NCBI GenBank assembly: GCA_022841445.1
Contig: JALHRM010000002.1
Location: 25,581-89,580, forward strand
Length of the DNA stretch: 64,000 bases
Reading direction: 5' to 3'
Source of the DNA: Candidatus Saccharimonadota bacterium
GTDB taxonomy: Bacteria; Patescibacteriota; Saccharimonadia; Saccharimonadales; UBA10212
In this document: piece by piece, positions 29,209 to 39,589 of the stretch
How positions within the stretch are numbered: the stretch's first letter is position 1
Layout: each line of letters opens with the position of its first letter
Program-made: the position numbers and the translations under genes
Notes under the pieces: model-generated
Databases searched by the model: none
What the model was told of the DNA's origin: nothing
What the model saw: only the letters and a program-made list of their open reading frames with translations

Positions 29209-30399
29209 ATGAAATGGCTGTTTCCGTTGAAGCACAAAGGCCGCCAAAGAGTCAGCAGCCGCACGCTGCTGAGCATATTTAGTATAGGCTTAATTGCTTC
29301 GGTTATTGGTTTTTGGAACTTGGCCACACCAGCGGGGTTTAGTCCGGCAGAAAAGCAGGCAGTAACGGCGAGTAACAACGCGCGTGCAATTGTGGAAAAT
29401 CCGCTGCATGCCCCACATAAAACACCGCAATACATCGCTCAGAAAGTAGGACTTGATGGTCAGATTGCTATGCGCGGCATATCGGTGCTCTACGGAATCA
29501 TAGCGACTATTGCGTTTTACTTAGTTGCTCGCCAGTTATTTGGGACGTTTGTTGCCTACATCGCAGCGCTAGGGCTACTCAGCACACCGCTTTACCTGCT
29601 GGCTACGCGACACGCCAGCCCAGAAATCATGTACGCCGCAGCGCCAGTTATTATTCTAGCGATTGGTCTTTGGGTACTTAAGACCAGGCAACGGACTATA
29701 GCACTTTACGCACTCGTAATCGCCGTAGCGCTTAGTCTATATGTACCAGGCATGCTATGGTGCGTTGCGCTTGGATACGGATTGCTACTTGTTAATCCTC
29801 CATGGGTTCGCGTAAAAGTAAGTGCCGCGAACGTCTACGCTGCTGCTGCGGTATGTATACTACTCATAAGTCCGCTACTATACGGTCTGTATCGAAGTCC
29901 TGAACTCATAAAAGAACTGTTTCTACTGCCAGAGGTTTTAAACATTGGTGAAATAATAACCCAAACTGCTCAAAGCGCTTCGGGGCTGATCTGGAGAACA
30001 AATGATGCACTGCCGCTGCGTATTGGTCATATGCCAATACTGAGTATCATTATTGCTCCGCTATGCCTGATCGGTATATATGCGGCAATACGACAATGGC
30101 ACTGGCGCAGCGTTTTTTTTGTTGGATTGCCGGTGCTGGGTATAGGATTCGCTGGACTAAGCGGAAATTCACTAGTAATCTTGTATGCTCTTACTGCACT
30201 ATTACTGCTTTTTGGGAATGGACTGTTTCATCTACTAAAACAATGGTACGAAGTGTTTCCGCGTAATTCCTTGGCTGGTTACTTTGCCGTGGGAGTCATA
30301 TGCATAATGATAGGCGTGCAGCTGCTTTTTGGGGTACGTTCTTCTATTGTTGCCTGGCCTGCAACACCTCCGGTTACCTCGACTTACGTGCTACAATAA
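29209..30399 (+). CDS. Polytopic membrane protein, possible GT-C (ArnT/PMT-like) glycosyltransferase
   Basis: About 10 TM segments; 'MRGISVLYG...FYLVARQLFG' resembles PMT_2-type proteins. Confidence 0.55.
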   Translation: MKWLFPLKHKGRQRVSSRTLLSIFSIGLIASVIGFWNLATPAGFSPAEKQAVTASNNARAIVENPLHAPHKTPQYIAQKVGLDGQIAMRGISVLYGIIATIAFYLVARQLFGTFVAYIAALGLLSTPLYLLATRHASPEIMYAAAPVIILAIGLWVLKTRQRTIALYALVIAVALSLYVPGMLWCVALGYGLLLVNPPWVRVKVSAANVYAAAAVCILLISPLLYGLYRSPELIKELFLLPEVLNIGEIITQTAQSASGLIWRTNDALPLRIGHMPILSIIIAPLCLIGIYAAIRQWHWRSVFFVGLPVLGIGFAGLSGNSLVILYALTALLLLFGNGLFHLLKQWYEVFPRNSLAGYFAVGVICIMIGVQLLFGVRSSIVAWPATPPVTSTYVLQ

Positions 30400-30424
30400 A
30401 TGCGTCTAAAGAAGGAGTTCGTAT

Positions 30425-30718
30425 ATGAGTCGCTTCGATCAAGCTAAGTTGCTGTTAAAAGCTCGGAAATTACAGAAAGAACTACAAAAAGAAGTAATAC
30501 GCGTGACCGCTGGTGAGGGTGCTGTAACTATTGATATTACTGGCGAGCAGAAAATTCGCAAGATTACTATCGATCCTGAGGCGATTGATCTTGATGATAT
30601 CGGTCAGCTGGAATTATGGCTGGAAGAAGCCATCAAAGAAGCTGTCAGTCGTAGCCAGAAACTAGCAGCCGAAAAACTCGGGCCAATGATGGGTTCGCTT
30701 GGTAATCTAGGGATGTAA
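30425..30718 (+). CDS. ybaB: YbaB/EbfC nucleoid-associated protein
   Basis: Size and pattern (AGEGAVTIDITG..I.IDP); directly upstream of recR. Confidence 0.88.
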   Translation: MSRFDQAKLLLKARKLQKELQKEVIRVTAGEGAVTIDITGEQKIRKITIDPEAIDLDDIGQLELWLEEAIKEAVSRSQKLAAEKLGPMMGSLGNLGM

Positions 30719-30748
30719 TTAAAGTTTGATCATATCTTGGGGGTTTGT

Positions 30749-31354
30749 TTGAGTATTCTACCGAAGGGTCTTCAGAACGTTATTGAAGGATTTGGGCGAC
30801 TACCCGGAGTCGGCCCGCGCACCGCTGAGCGCTATGCTGGCTATTTACTTCGTTATGAAAAAAATGCGGCCCTGTCTATTGCTGAAGCCTTGGATACTCT
30901 GCACGCTAGTGTAAAATTATGTCCACGAACTTTCGCATTAATCAACGCCGACGAAGACGAAAGTTCACTTTATAATGATCCAAAACGCGATAAGTCACTT
31001 GTCGCTGTTGTATCAGACTATTTTGATATGGTGGCTATTGAGAAAGCCAACTTATTCAAGGGTACCTATCATGTTCTGGGTGGGCTGATCTCACCGATTG
31101 ATAATGTCGGACCCGAGCAGCTCAGCATTCCAGCACTCTTGCGCCGGGTTGACGAAGACAATGTCACCGAGCTCATCCTCGCTTTTAACGCAGGTGTGGA
31201 AGGAGACACAACAGCATTATACTTACAGCAACAGCTTGCCGACAGAAAGATACATCTTAGCCGGTTAGCTCGGGGCATTCCGGTTGGTCTTGATCTAGAG
31301 TATGCCGACCATATAACACTGGCGAATGCGTTGGAAGGAAGACAGACGTTCTAA
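30749..31354 (+). CDS. recR: Recombination mediator RecR
   Basis: HhH LPGVGPRTAER, YHVLGG.ISP, EGDTTA, RLARGIPVG..LEYAD; TTG start inferred. Confidence 0.93.
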   Translation: MSILPKGLQNVIEGFGRLPGVGPRTAERYAGYLLRYEKNAALSIAEALDTLHASVKLCPRTFALINADEDESSLYNDPKRDKSLVAVVSDYFDMVAIEKANLFKGTYHVLGGLISPIDNVGPEQLSIPALLRRVDEDNVTELILAFNAGVEGDTTALYLQQQLADRKIHLSRLARGIPVGLDLEYADHITLANALEGRQTF

Positions 31355-31385
31355 AGCCTGCTCAACCCGTAGTACAATACATCTC

Positions 31386-32402
31386 ATGACAATGTACGAT
31401 GAGGCCGAACGTATCCGCTCAATTATTGATGACGCCCAGCATATTCTAGTGGTGCAGGCTGACAATCCTGATGGTGACAGCTTAGGCAGTGCTTTAGCGC
31501 TTGAGGAGTTCCTGGGCAACTACGGCAGAGAGGTATCGCTATACTGTGGTGTTGATATCCCGGTACACCTACGCTATCTAAGCGGTTGGGACAGAGTAAG
31601 TTCAGAGCTGCCTAATAACTTCGATGCCAGTATCATTGTTGATACCGCAACCGACACACTGCTTGAACAACTGACGCTTCGTAATCAAAAAATATGGATC
31701 AAGAACAAGCCCTGTATAGTAATTGACCATCACGCCAGCGAATCGACGATTGATTATGCCACTGTCGCATGCATTAAAGAGGCAGTAGCGACCACGGAGG
31801 TTATCTATGAGCTTGCCAGGCAACTTGAATGGAAGATGACACCAACTGCTGCCGACGCACTCGCTACCGGTATACTGAGCGACAGCCTTGGACTCACCAC
31901 CGAAGCGACGACAGCACGATCTATTCATATTGTTGCCGAGCTGGTGGAGTCTGGCGCTTCTATCACCAAACTTGACCAGGCACGCCGCGAAATGTACCGC
32001 AAGGAGCCAGAGCTCGTCCACTACAAAGGCCGGCTACTTCAACGCATTGAATATCATTACGACAATAGAATAGCAACACTTGAAATCCCATGGGATGAAA
32101 TTGAAAAGTACTCCCATGCCTATAATCCTTCAATGCTTGCGCTAGACGATATGCGGCTCACAACCAATACAGCCGTAGCGGTGGCGTTCAAGCACTACCC
32201 CGACGGTAAAGTTACCGGCAAAATACGCACCAACTACGGCTTTCCAATAGCCGACAGACTCGCCGAACACTTTGGCGGTGGCGGACACAACTATGCCAGC
32301 GGCTTTAAAATAACCGACAAAAGACACTTAGATGAAATAAAATCCGAATGCATTCGTGTTTCGATTGAACTATTGGACGAACTTGCTAAGGGGGTAACGT
32401 GA
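31386..32402 (+). CDS. DHH/DHHA1 phosphoesterase (NrnA-like)
   Basis: PDGDSLGS, IDHH, GGGGH motifs. Confidence 0.92.
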   Translation: MTMYDEAERIRSIIDDAQHILVVQADNPDGDSLGSALALEEFLGNYGREVSLYCGVDIPVHLRYLSGWDRVSSELPNNFDASIIVDTATDTLLEQLTLRNQKIWIKNKPCIVIDHHASESTIDYATVACIKEAVATTEVIYELARQLEWKMTPTAADALATGILSDSLGLTTEATTARSIHIVAELVESGASITKLDQARREMYRKEPELVHYKGRLLQRIEYHYDNRIATLEIPWDEIEKYSHAYNPSMLALDDMRLTTNTAVAVAFKHYPDGKVTGKIRTNYGFPIADRLAEHFGGGGHNYASGFKITDKRHLDEIKSECIRVSIELLDELAKGVT

Positions 32403-33835
32403 AACTCTATAACACGCTGAATCGTAAGCTGGAGGTGTTGCATCCCATAAACAAAGATGTGGTTAAAGTCTACAGCTGCGGCCCAACGGTATACAACTAT
32501 GCTCATATCGGTAATTTACGGGCATTCATATTTAGTGATTGTTTGCGTAGAGCGCTTGAGGCGTCGGGGCATACTGTTAAACAGGTTATGAACATAACTG
32601 ATGTCGGGCACCTCGTTAGTGATGCTGATGACGGGGAAGACAAACTTGAAACGGGTGCAACACGGGAAGGAAAAACTGTCTGGGAAGTAGCCGAACACTA
32701 CACTGAAGCGTTCGTTAGTGACATGAAGCAGCTAAATATACTGCCGCCAAATGGCTACAAGATACGTCCCGATGGTTACGCCCGCGCAACGGACTTTATA
32801 GATACGCAGATCATAATGATTGAAAAGCTTCTGAGTGGGGATTACGCCTACATTACCGAACAGGCCATATATTTTGATGTTACAAAGCTCGCCAATTACG
32901 GGGCGTTGAGTAGACAGAAACTGGCCGATAAAGAAGTAGCCTCACGGGATGAAGTAGTGTCTGATCCGGACAAAAAACATCCTTTCGACTTTGCCGTCTG
33001 GTTTTTCTTGGCTGGTCATTTTCAAAATCACAGCATGCACTGGCCAAGCCCTTGGGGCGAGGGTTTCCCTGGTTGGCATCTTGAATGCTCGGCGATTATT
33101 CATGCTACGCTCGGTGATCCTATCGACATCCACACTGGTGGAGTCGATCATATCGGTACGCATCACACTAATGAAATGGCACAAACCGAAGCAGCATTCG
33201 GACATGCGCTTTCAAATGTATGGCTGCACAATGAATTTATCTTGGTTGATAGTAAAAAAATGAGTAAATCGAGTGGTAACTTTTATGTATTAAAAGATAT
33301 TATCGAGCGCGGATTTAGCCCGTCATCCTTCAGGCTTTTATGTCTTCAGGCGCACTATCGCAGTCAACTAAACTTTACCTGGGATAGTCTTGCAGCTGCC
33401 AGCAATCGGCTAAAGAGCCTTCAGGCACTCGCTGACCTACGCTACCAAACAACACCAGGCTACGCTGGAGAGACATTCATCACATTACTGAAAGACTTAC
33501 CTAGCCGCATGTTACACGCTGCACAAGACGATTTGAACATACCTCAAGCGCTGGCAGAGTTGAGCCCTCTCGACATAGTTCTGGTCGACGGACTCAAAGA
33601 AGGAGACCGACTGTTATTTGAGAATTTTTTGGATAAATGTATTGGTGACTTATTTGGAATAGATTTACTTTCATCTAGCGATATTACCGAGCAACAGAAG
33701 GATTCTATAGCCAAACGGGAAGCAGCAAGAAAAAGTAAACAATGGCAGCAGTCTGATGAACTGCGAGATAGCTTGCTTGAACAGGGGATTGTGCTAAGAG
33801 ACACTCCGACCGGGACGATTTGGTCTCGCGAGTAG
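32399..33835 (+). CDS. cysS: Cysteine--tRNA ligase
   Basis: CGPTVY, HIGN, PGWHLECS, KMSKS. Confidence 0.97.
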   Translation: MKLYNTLNRKLEVLHPINKDVVKVYSCGPTVYNYAHIGNLRAFIFSDCLRRALEASGHTVKQVMNITDVGHLVSDADDGEDKLETGATREGKTVWEVAEHYTEAFVSDMKQLNILPPNGYKIRPDGYARATDFIDTQIIMIEKLLSGDYAYITEQAIYFDVTKLANYGALSRQKLADKEVASRDEVVSDPDKKHPFDFAVWFFLAGHFQNHSMHWPSPWGEGFPGWHLECSAIIHATLGDPIDIHTGGVDHIGTHHTNEMAQTEAAFGHALSNVWLHNEFILVDSKKMSKSSGNFYVLKDIIERGFSPSSFRLLCLQAHYRSQLNFTWDSLAAASNRLKSLQALADLRYQTTPGYAGETFITLLKDLPSRMLHAAQDDLNIPQALAELSPLDIVLVDGLKEGDRLLFENFLDKCIGDLFGIDLLSSSDITEQQKDSIAKREAARKSKQWQQSDELRDSLLEQGIVLRDTPTGTIWSRE

Positions 33836-33842
33836 TTACTGG

Positions 33843-34922
33843 CTAAGACTCAACCTGCCTACGTGACGGCAGTCTTTTGTCCAACTGATCTTCAGCTAAA
33901 ATTCGTAAACATCCGGCTACCGGTATGGCAACTAATGCCCCCAGTAAGCCACCAAAACTGGCACCAATAAGCGCGGCTATAAACACTAGTAGCGGTGTAA
34001 GTTGATTGCTTCTTGATTGGATGTACGGCTGGAGGGTGGCGTTCTCTATCTGTTGATAAAGAATGAAATAGATCCCCACAGCAATGGCCAGGGGCAGAGA
34101 AACGAATAGACAAAATAGTGTCACCAGTACAGCTGCTAATGTGTTCCCAACCATGGGAATAAGCCCAAATAGCGTGACTATACCGGCAAGCGCAATGGCA
34201 TTGATCGAAACATTAAAGACCGTACTGAGTATGACCAATGCGACGAAAGAGAACAGTCCGGCTATAACTGCGATAAGCAGCTGGCCGTTTACGTACCCTG
34301 TAACCACACGATACATTTTTTGAGCCATTTTTTGATAAGCGGCTTGCTTTTTGGCTGGCTGAAAAGCAAGAATACGCTTTAGCCATAGCGGGCCTTCAAC
34401 CAACATCATAAATGTCATCACTAGCACCACAACAGCAGACACAATACCACCGAGCAGTTTACCTGCCGTCGATACTACCGGCTCACTCAAATCACTGACG
34501 CTACCACTAATATCATCGCTAAGTTTGTCGAGTTGGTCATCAATATTATATTGCCGAACAAAGTCAGCGGTTGATGAATCCTGATTTTTTAGGTCACTTA
34601 TTGTATCAGGCACCGTACGAATAAATTCGGTTGTTTGTTGCGCGAGCGGTGGTATTACGAGAGTAAAAAATCCTGCCAAAACCGCTAGCACCATCAGGTA
34701 GGCAACTCCTGTTGCAGATACCCTACTTTTTAAACGCAATCGCCTCGATAACCAACTAACGACTGGATTTAAGGCTAAAGCCAGAAAGAACGCTACGAAT
34801 ATTAAGGTAAGGGCGTGGACTATACTGCCAATGAACTGCAGCGTTAGCACAACGGCAATAATCAGTCCGAGGATTCGCAGTATCGTACGATTGGATATGG
34901 TTACTTCTATGCTATTTTTCAT
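33843..34922 (-). CDS. AI-2E family transporter
   Basis: Multi-TM; GYVNGQ, LIPMVG, QQIEN..LQP, GGLLGALVAIP. Confidence 0.9.
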   Translation of the reverse strand: MKNSIEVTISNRTILRILGLIIAVVLTLQFIGSIVHALTLIFVAFFLALALNPVVSWLSRRLRLKSRVSATGVAYLMVLAVLAGFFTLVIPPLAQQTTEFIRTVPDTISDLKNQDSSTADFVRQYNIDDQLDKLSDDISGSVSDLSEPVVSTAGKLLGGIVSAVVVLVMTFMMLVEGPLWLKRILAFQPAKKQAAYQKMAQKMYRVVTGYVNGQLLIAVIAGLFSFVALVILSTVFNVSINAIALAGIVTLFGLIPMVGNTLAAVLVTLFCLFVSLPLAIAVGIYFILYQQIENATLQPYIQSRSNQLTPLLVFIAALIGASFGGLLGALVAIPVAGCLRILAEDQLDKRLPSRRQVES

Positions 34923-34931
34923 GCCTGCATA

Positions 34932-36077
34932 TCAAGTATGGATGTTTTCTTGTCTCTTGGCAATCGCCAAGTAATACTGCTGTTCAATTTTTTGTCCGAC
35001 CAGGTCAATGTCGTACTGAACCACATGATTTTGCTGCCATTTTTGTGCTGAATTGCGTCGTTTTGCGTTGACCAAAAAATATTCTAGCTTCGCCGTTAGT
35101 AACTCGCAATTTTTTGGATCAACTAGCAGTTCAGGCCGTTCCCCAAGCACTGAGCGATAACCAGGATTGTCACCACCAATAACGACCTCACTACCGGCGG
35201 CCATTGCCTCTATCAATACTATGCCGAAACTTTCACCGTAAAGTGCAGGAAAGCAAGCAATCTGTGCAGAAGCAAGCAGGGCAGGCTTATCATGTTCGCT
35301 CACATACCCCGCAAAGACAACTACATCAGATAAGCGATTATCCGATGCGTATCGTTCCAGTGTAGGTAACAGCGGGCCAGTACCGGCAATGGTCAGCCGA
35401 GCCTCAGGATGTGCCTGGTGCAACTGCTTGAATGCTTTCAGTAGATGCATTACACCTTTACGTTTTACTAATCTTCCGAGAAAAACGATGTGACCCTGCT
35501 GAACAGCACTCGAACTTGACAAGTTTTTATATCGTTTCAGTTCGACTACGTTTGGTATAACAATTGTGTCGTAACCAAAAATTTTCTTGGCAAATTCTGC
35601 CGCAGGTTTACTGACACTCATAATGGCGTCGTAGCGTTGGTCTATTCGTCTCACAACAGCAGCTAGCAAGCGTGAACTTTCAGCATGCAAACGACCAGCC
35701 GGCAGAATGTGAAATGTGCCTACAACTGCTGTTTTGGGACTACAGGCTTTAACTATTCGGCCAGCAAGCCAGGGGGCATATGGCATTTGAATATGCAAAA
35801 TATCGAATGACACGTCACGCAATATTTTATTAATGCCTGCTTTATTGGCAGGCAGTGGCATATTGAGGCGGTTGGCGTTAAACTTCACCTCTATGGACTT
35901 TGAAAGACTAATTATTGGATTTCCACCGTACTGTTCGTTGTCACTCTTACCGGTAAGATAATATACTTTGTGACCTCGCTTCGACAGCCACTGACCAACT
36001 GTCTTTACGTACTGCTGCACACCATCATTGCGATCAATACTCGTGTCAATAACCAGTCCGACGACGAGTTTTTTCAA
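34932..36077 (-). CDS. GT4 glycosyltransferase, PimA-like
   Basis: DGVQ, GTFH, FLGRL..RKG, GESFGIVLIEAMA. Confidence 0.88.
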   Translation of the reverse strand: MKKLVVGLVIDTSIDRNDGVQQYVKTVGQWLSKRGHKVYYLTGKSDNEQYGGNPIISLSKSIEVKFNANRLNMPLPANKAGINKILRDVSFDILHIQMPYAPWLAGRIVKACSPKTAVVGTFHILPAGRLHAESSRLLAAVVRRIDQRYDAIMSVSKPAAEFAKKIFGYDTIVIPNVVELKRYKNLSSSSAVQQGHIVFLGRLVKRKGVMHLLKAFKQLHQAHPEARLTIAGTGPLLPTLERYASDNRLSDVVVFAGYVSEHDKPALLASAQIACFPALYGESFGIVLIEAMAAGSEVVIGGDNPGYRSVLGERPELLVDPKNCELLTAKLEYFLVNAKRRNSAQKWQQNHVVQYDIDLVGQKIEQQYYLAIAKRQENIHT

Positions 36078-37204
36078 GCTGATTTAGCCTTATGAATTTT
36101 TATAGCAGTTTCGTACAGCTCGATATATTGTTGTGTAACATTTTTATAATCAAATTGTTGAACATACGTCTGTGCCCACGTCCGCCATAATTCACGAAGC
36201 GCATCATCACTGAGCAGTAATCGCATTCGGCGGGCAAAGTCGACACTGTCCTGAACATTTACAAGTGATACCATCCCTCTGTCTTTCAACACTGTTTCAT
36301 ACCCCGGGTTATCGCCAGCAACAACCGGTAAACCAACGGCCATTGCCTCAAGTAGAACAATGCCAAAGCTTTCACCATACTTTGACGGGGCGCAAAACAG
36401 TCGAGCTTGGCGAAAAAGTTCGATTTTTCGAGTTTCGTCTACGTATCCCAAAAATTCAACTCGATGGATGTTCTTTTCATTGACATAATTTTTGAGTGAT
36501 TCTTCTTCCGGCCCTGTGCCTGCAATGAAAAGTCTAGTTTTTTTATCATGTTCCCCGAGTATGCTAAATGCGTCAAGCAGGTACTTAATCCCTTTGCGTT
36601 TTTCTAACCGTCCGACATATAAAATCATTGGTGAATCACCGGCCGAATGCGTGCTTTGGGTATACTTTGCAAGATCAATACCGTTAGGAATAATCGAAAT
36701 GGGATCTTTGATAAAACCTTTGATGTACTCAGCTGCTGGCTCCGAAACTGCGCTATATACATCTATAAATTTGAGTAATCGACGGGTGTAGGGGATAAAA
36801 ACGTTGGCGACCGTCTTTGAAGTAAGCCTGTCAGGCAGCCGCGCATGAGAAGTAGCTACATTCGCACAGCGAGACCGGCTAAGTAGTTGCCGGCTGAGAA
36901 CCGGAACCCATGGCTCATGAAAATGGAGGACATCGAACTGTTCTTTGTCAAGTAGATTCTCGATAGCTTCTCGATCTGCCGTAGCCGAAACTTGTGTTTG
37001 CGTATTAAAAAATGATGATACAGTTGCAGATACGCCGATAGTGATCACCTCTGGAGGCACTGAGCCAGAGTAATCACGCGGACGTGGAGTGATAATTATC
37101 GCCTCATGCCCAACACGAGTTAGTTCAGCCTGCAGCGCAAGCACGCATTCTTGCACGCCGCCGCCCTTGAACATGTGATATGGACACACTAAACCGATTT
37201 TCAT
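36074..37204 (-). CDS. GT4 glycosyltransferase, PimA-like
   Basis: CPY...GGVQ, LHFHEP, GRLEKRKG, GESFGIVLLEAMA. Confidence 0.9.
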   Translation of the reverse strand: MKIGLVCPYHMFKGGGVQECVLALQAELTRVGHEAIIITPRPRDYSGSVPPEVITIGVSATVSSFFNTQTQVSATADREAIENLLDKEQFDVLHFHEPWVPVLSRQLLSRSRCANVATSHARLPDRLTSKTVANVFIPYTRRLLKFIDVYSAVSEPAAEYIKGFIKDPISIIPNGIDLAKYTQSTHSAGDSPMILYVGRLEKRKGIKYLLDAFSILGEHDKKTRLFIAGTGPEEESLKNYVNEKNIHRVEFLGYVDETRKIELFRQARLFCAPSKYGESFGIVLLEAMAVGLPVVAGDNPGYETVLKDRGMVSLVNVQDSVDFARRMRLLLSDDALRELWRTWAQTYVQQFDYKNVTQQYIELYETAIKIHKAKSA

Positions 37205-37222
37205 TACTTACATTATATCTGT

Positions 37223-38164
37223 TTAGGATTTTTTTCGTAAGAGTGCCCGTACTGCTGGGGGTATTAGCGGAGCTGCTTCCTCCGCTGTGGCTACAACAGT
37301 CGGAACATGTGCCGATATGTCCGCTTTGCTCATACTAAAGTCTTTATATATAAGTCGCATGTGCTGTTCAACACTAGCATTGTCGAAATATCGATCGACA
37401 TCAACTGATATGTGATGTACTGCCAAATCAACATGCGTGCGAGGTAAACGCATATTCATAACTTCTAGTGCCGTATACATGTACGTACGAACTTCGTTGA
37501 CATGCCACAGTTTTATTTCAAATTCCAAAAGGTTTTCGTATTCTTCTTGACTCATGCCTTTGTATTTTGGATGATTAACTCTCCCACCGCCTATTTTATA
37601 GGCGAATCGTATCAATGTAGGATTTAATATGACATGTCGGAAGAACAAGGCAGGCAATCGGAATTTGAATACCCAGGCCGTGATGTACAGCATGATGTAG
37701 TTACGACGTTTGATGCGTAAATCATCTTTGTCGACAAAGCCGACCGCACTAATGAGGTGGTCAACTTTCTTTGCAATTTCTGGATACTTTTGCAACATCC
37801 TGGTCGTGACTGCAAAGGACAGGCTGAAGGATATTATACTGAAACGTCGGTTTTTGTATCGCAATTTGATAAATGCAGCCAGGTAGTCCGCCAATGTATC
37901 GACGTCCGGTTTTTCGCCAATTTTATAAAATGGCTCCATACCGCCAAAACCAGGGAGGTCTGGTAATGTAACATTACCGTATTGGCTAAGATTTTCAACC
38001 ACTCCATACATACGCTCTATGCTGGCATGGGAACCATACAGTAGCAGTATCTCTCTATTACGGTTCTTGTTTGAACTTGGCAATTTAAGCATGCGGCCGC
38101 TTAGGCCATTCATGTTGAGTGGCAGAATATAGTCAGCGATATTTTTAGAATGTTTGGTAGTCAT
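37223..38164 (-). CDS. Alpha/beta hydrolase fold protein
   Basis: LLLYG, PDLPGFG, atypical nucleophile elbow SFSLS. Confidence 0.75.
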   Translation of the reverse strand: MTTKHSKNIADYILPLNMNGLSGRMLKLPSSNKNRNREILLLYGSHASIERMYGVVENLSQYGNVTLPDLPGFGGMEPFYKIGEKPDVDTLADYLAAFIKLRYKNRRFSIISFSLSFAVTTRMLQKYPEIAKKVDHLISAVGFVDKDDLRIKRRNYIMLYITAWVFKFRLPALFFRHVILNPTLIRFAYKIGGGRVNHPKYKGMSQEEYENLLEFEIKLWHVNEVRTYMYTALEVMNMRLPRTHVDLAVHHISVDVDRYFDNASVEQHMRLIYKDFSMSKADISAHVPTVVATAEEAAPLIPPAVRALLRKKS

Positions 38165-38217
38165 TAACGGTACTAGTATACCCGACCATCCTGCTTACGC
38201 GGAGTACGTAATTTGTA

Positions 38218-39129
38218 CTACTTCATTACTGCATCGACGCCAACCCAAACGTATTCCCAAGGTTCCGGTTCTGGACCTTGCTGAGCAGCACCCTCAGGAT
38301 AGCTTGGAATCCAGCCTGTTTTTTTAGCATTTTCATAATTATTCCTGCTTATCCAAGTAAAGCACGGGGATGTCACAAAGGCTTCTAAGCTGCCGTTGTT
38401 ACACTGCAAGTCAATTGTGTAGCCTGTGTGGTGTCTTGAATATCCTGGTAGAGCACTGGTAATCAATATAGCGTTTATGATGCTATCGGCCTGTCCGGAC
38501 GCGGCAGCGGCAGCTGTTCCCCCGGTGTCGTTATAGCGTGACACAAAAATACTGCGCTGTAATTGCGGCGAACGGTAACCGGAAACAATACGCAGTGGTA
38601 AGCCCTCGGAATTTGCCGCCGCTTTCAATAGTTTCCATCCTTCTAATGCTTTTTCTTGCAGTAAATCATCATCGCCAAGATTAGGATCACCGATTTTTAC
38701 AATCGGCGAAACAGGTATGCTACGCAATTTGTACCCGCGTTTCTCGGCAATTTGTCGCATACGATCATCCGCCGCTTCATTGCCAGTAATAGTGGGTGGC
38801 GTTTGAATTGCTGTTGTATTTGGATAGGCGATACTATCGTATAGTTCTTTGAATTGATCGGGTGTAAATACGGCTAGTTGTTTTGGTTTAGTATCGGCTT
38901 GTGTGCCAATCTCTGGCACGTTGTTTTTAGGCTCAGATTTTATGGAAGTACTGTTTGGGGCTTGCGCTTTCCCGGCGAGCACAATCACAACTGCAGCAAG
39001 CAACACAAACACCATGAAACAAAAAATTATGAATTTCCGCTTATGGCGTCGTTTCGGGGGGATTCTAGTCTCTTCGGTAATAGTTTCAAGCTCAGGCTTT
39101 TTAGGATTTATTGGTTCTATAACTCTCAT
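38218..39129 (-). CDS. Membrane-anchored M15B D,D-carboxypeptidase (VanY-like)
   Basis: SGYRS, PGYSRHHTG.TID, EPWE; N-terminal TM. Confidence 0.88.
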   Translation of the reverse strand: MRVIEPINPKKPELETITEETRIPPKRRHKRKFIIFCFMVFVLLAAVVIVLAGKAQAPNSTSIKSEPKNNVPEIGTQADTKPKQLAVFTPDQFKELYDSIAYPNTTAIQTPPTITGNEAADDRMRQIAEKRGYKLRSIPVSPIVKIGDPNLGDDDLLQEKALEGWKLLKAAANSEGLPLRIVSGYRSPQLQRSIFVSRYNDTGGTAAAAASGQADSIINAILITSALPGYSRHHTGYTIDLQCNNGSLEAFVTSPCFTWISRNNYENAKKTGWIPSYPEGAAQQGPEPEPWEYVWVGVDAVMK

Positions 39130-39220
39130 AATCAAGCACTAGTATAACTCACCGACACTGGTAAAAGGCAAGCTCCTTTGCTACCATACTACTGTCTTTG
39201 TTCGCGTAAATATATGATAA

Positions 39221-39253
39221 ACAATAGGGCGTGGCCAAGTGGTAAGGCACCAG
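39221..39253 (+). repeat. 33-nt exact copy of the tRNA-Gln 5' part (plus 4 leader nt)
   Basis: ACAATAGGGCGTGGCCAAGTGGTAAGGCACCAG at 39221-39253 and 39343-39375. Confidence 0.95.
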
Positions 39254-39346
39254 CCATTTGCGACTTGTTGCAAACATATCACAAGTTGTCCTGGCTGCCA
39301 GGCCGTAAAGACTCACGACTTTGAAAATTTACGCATGCACATACAA

Positions 39347-39421
39347 TAGGGCGTGGCCAAGTGGTAAGGCACCAGGTTTTGGTCCTGGCATTCGGGGGTT
39401 CGAATCCCTCCGCCCTAGCCA
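39347..39421 (+). tRNA. tRNA-Gln(UUG)
   Basis: TAGGGCG/CGCCCTA acceptor, CCAGG-TT TTG GT-CCTGG, GGTTCGAATCC, CCA. Confidence 0.97.
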
Positions 39422-39465
39422 AGGTTGGTAAATGGGCTGAAAGTCCGTTTATCAACCTTGTTTTA
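39421..39465 (+). terminator. Terminator-like hairpin after tRNA-Gln
   Basis: 18-bp stem 39421-39438/39442-39459 followed by GTTTT. Confidence 0.7.
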
Positions 39466-39589
39466 GTTGGAGGCATCGAAACTCGGGTGCAGCATTCGGG
39501 GTGAAAAATGCCAGTGGCATTTTGCAAGAAAGTCTTTTTATACTTGCAACTGGTTGCGAGTATAAAGTTTCGGGGTTGCCAAAGGTGAC

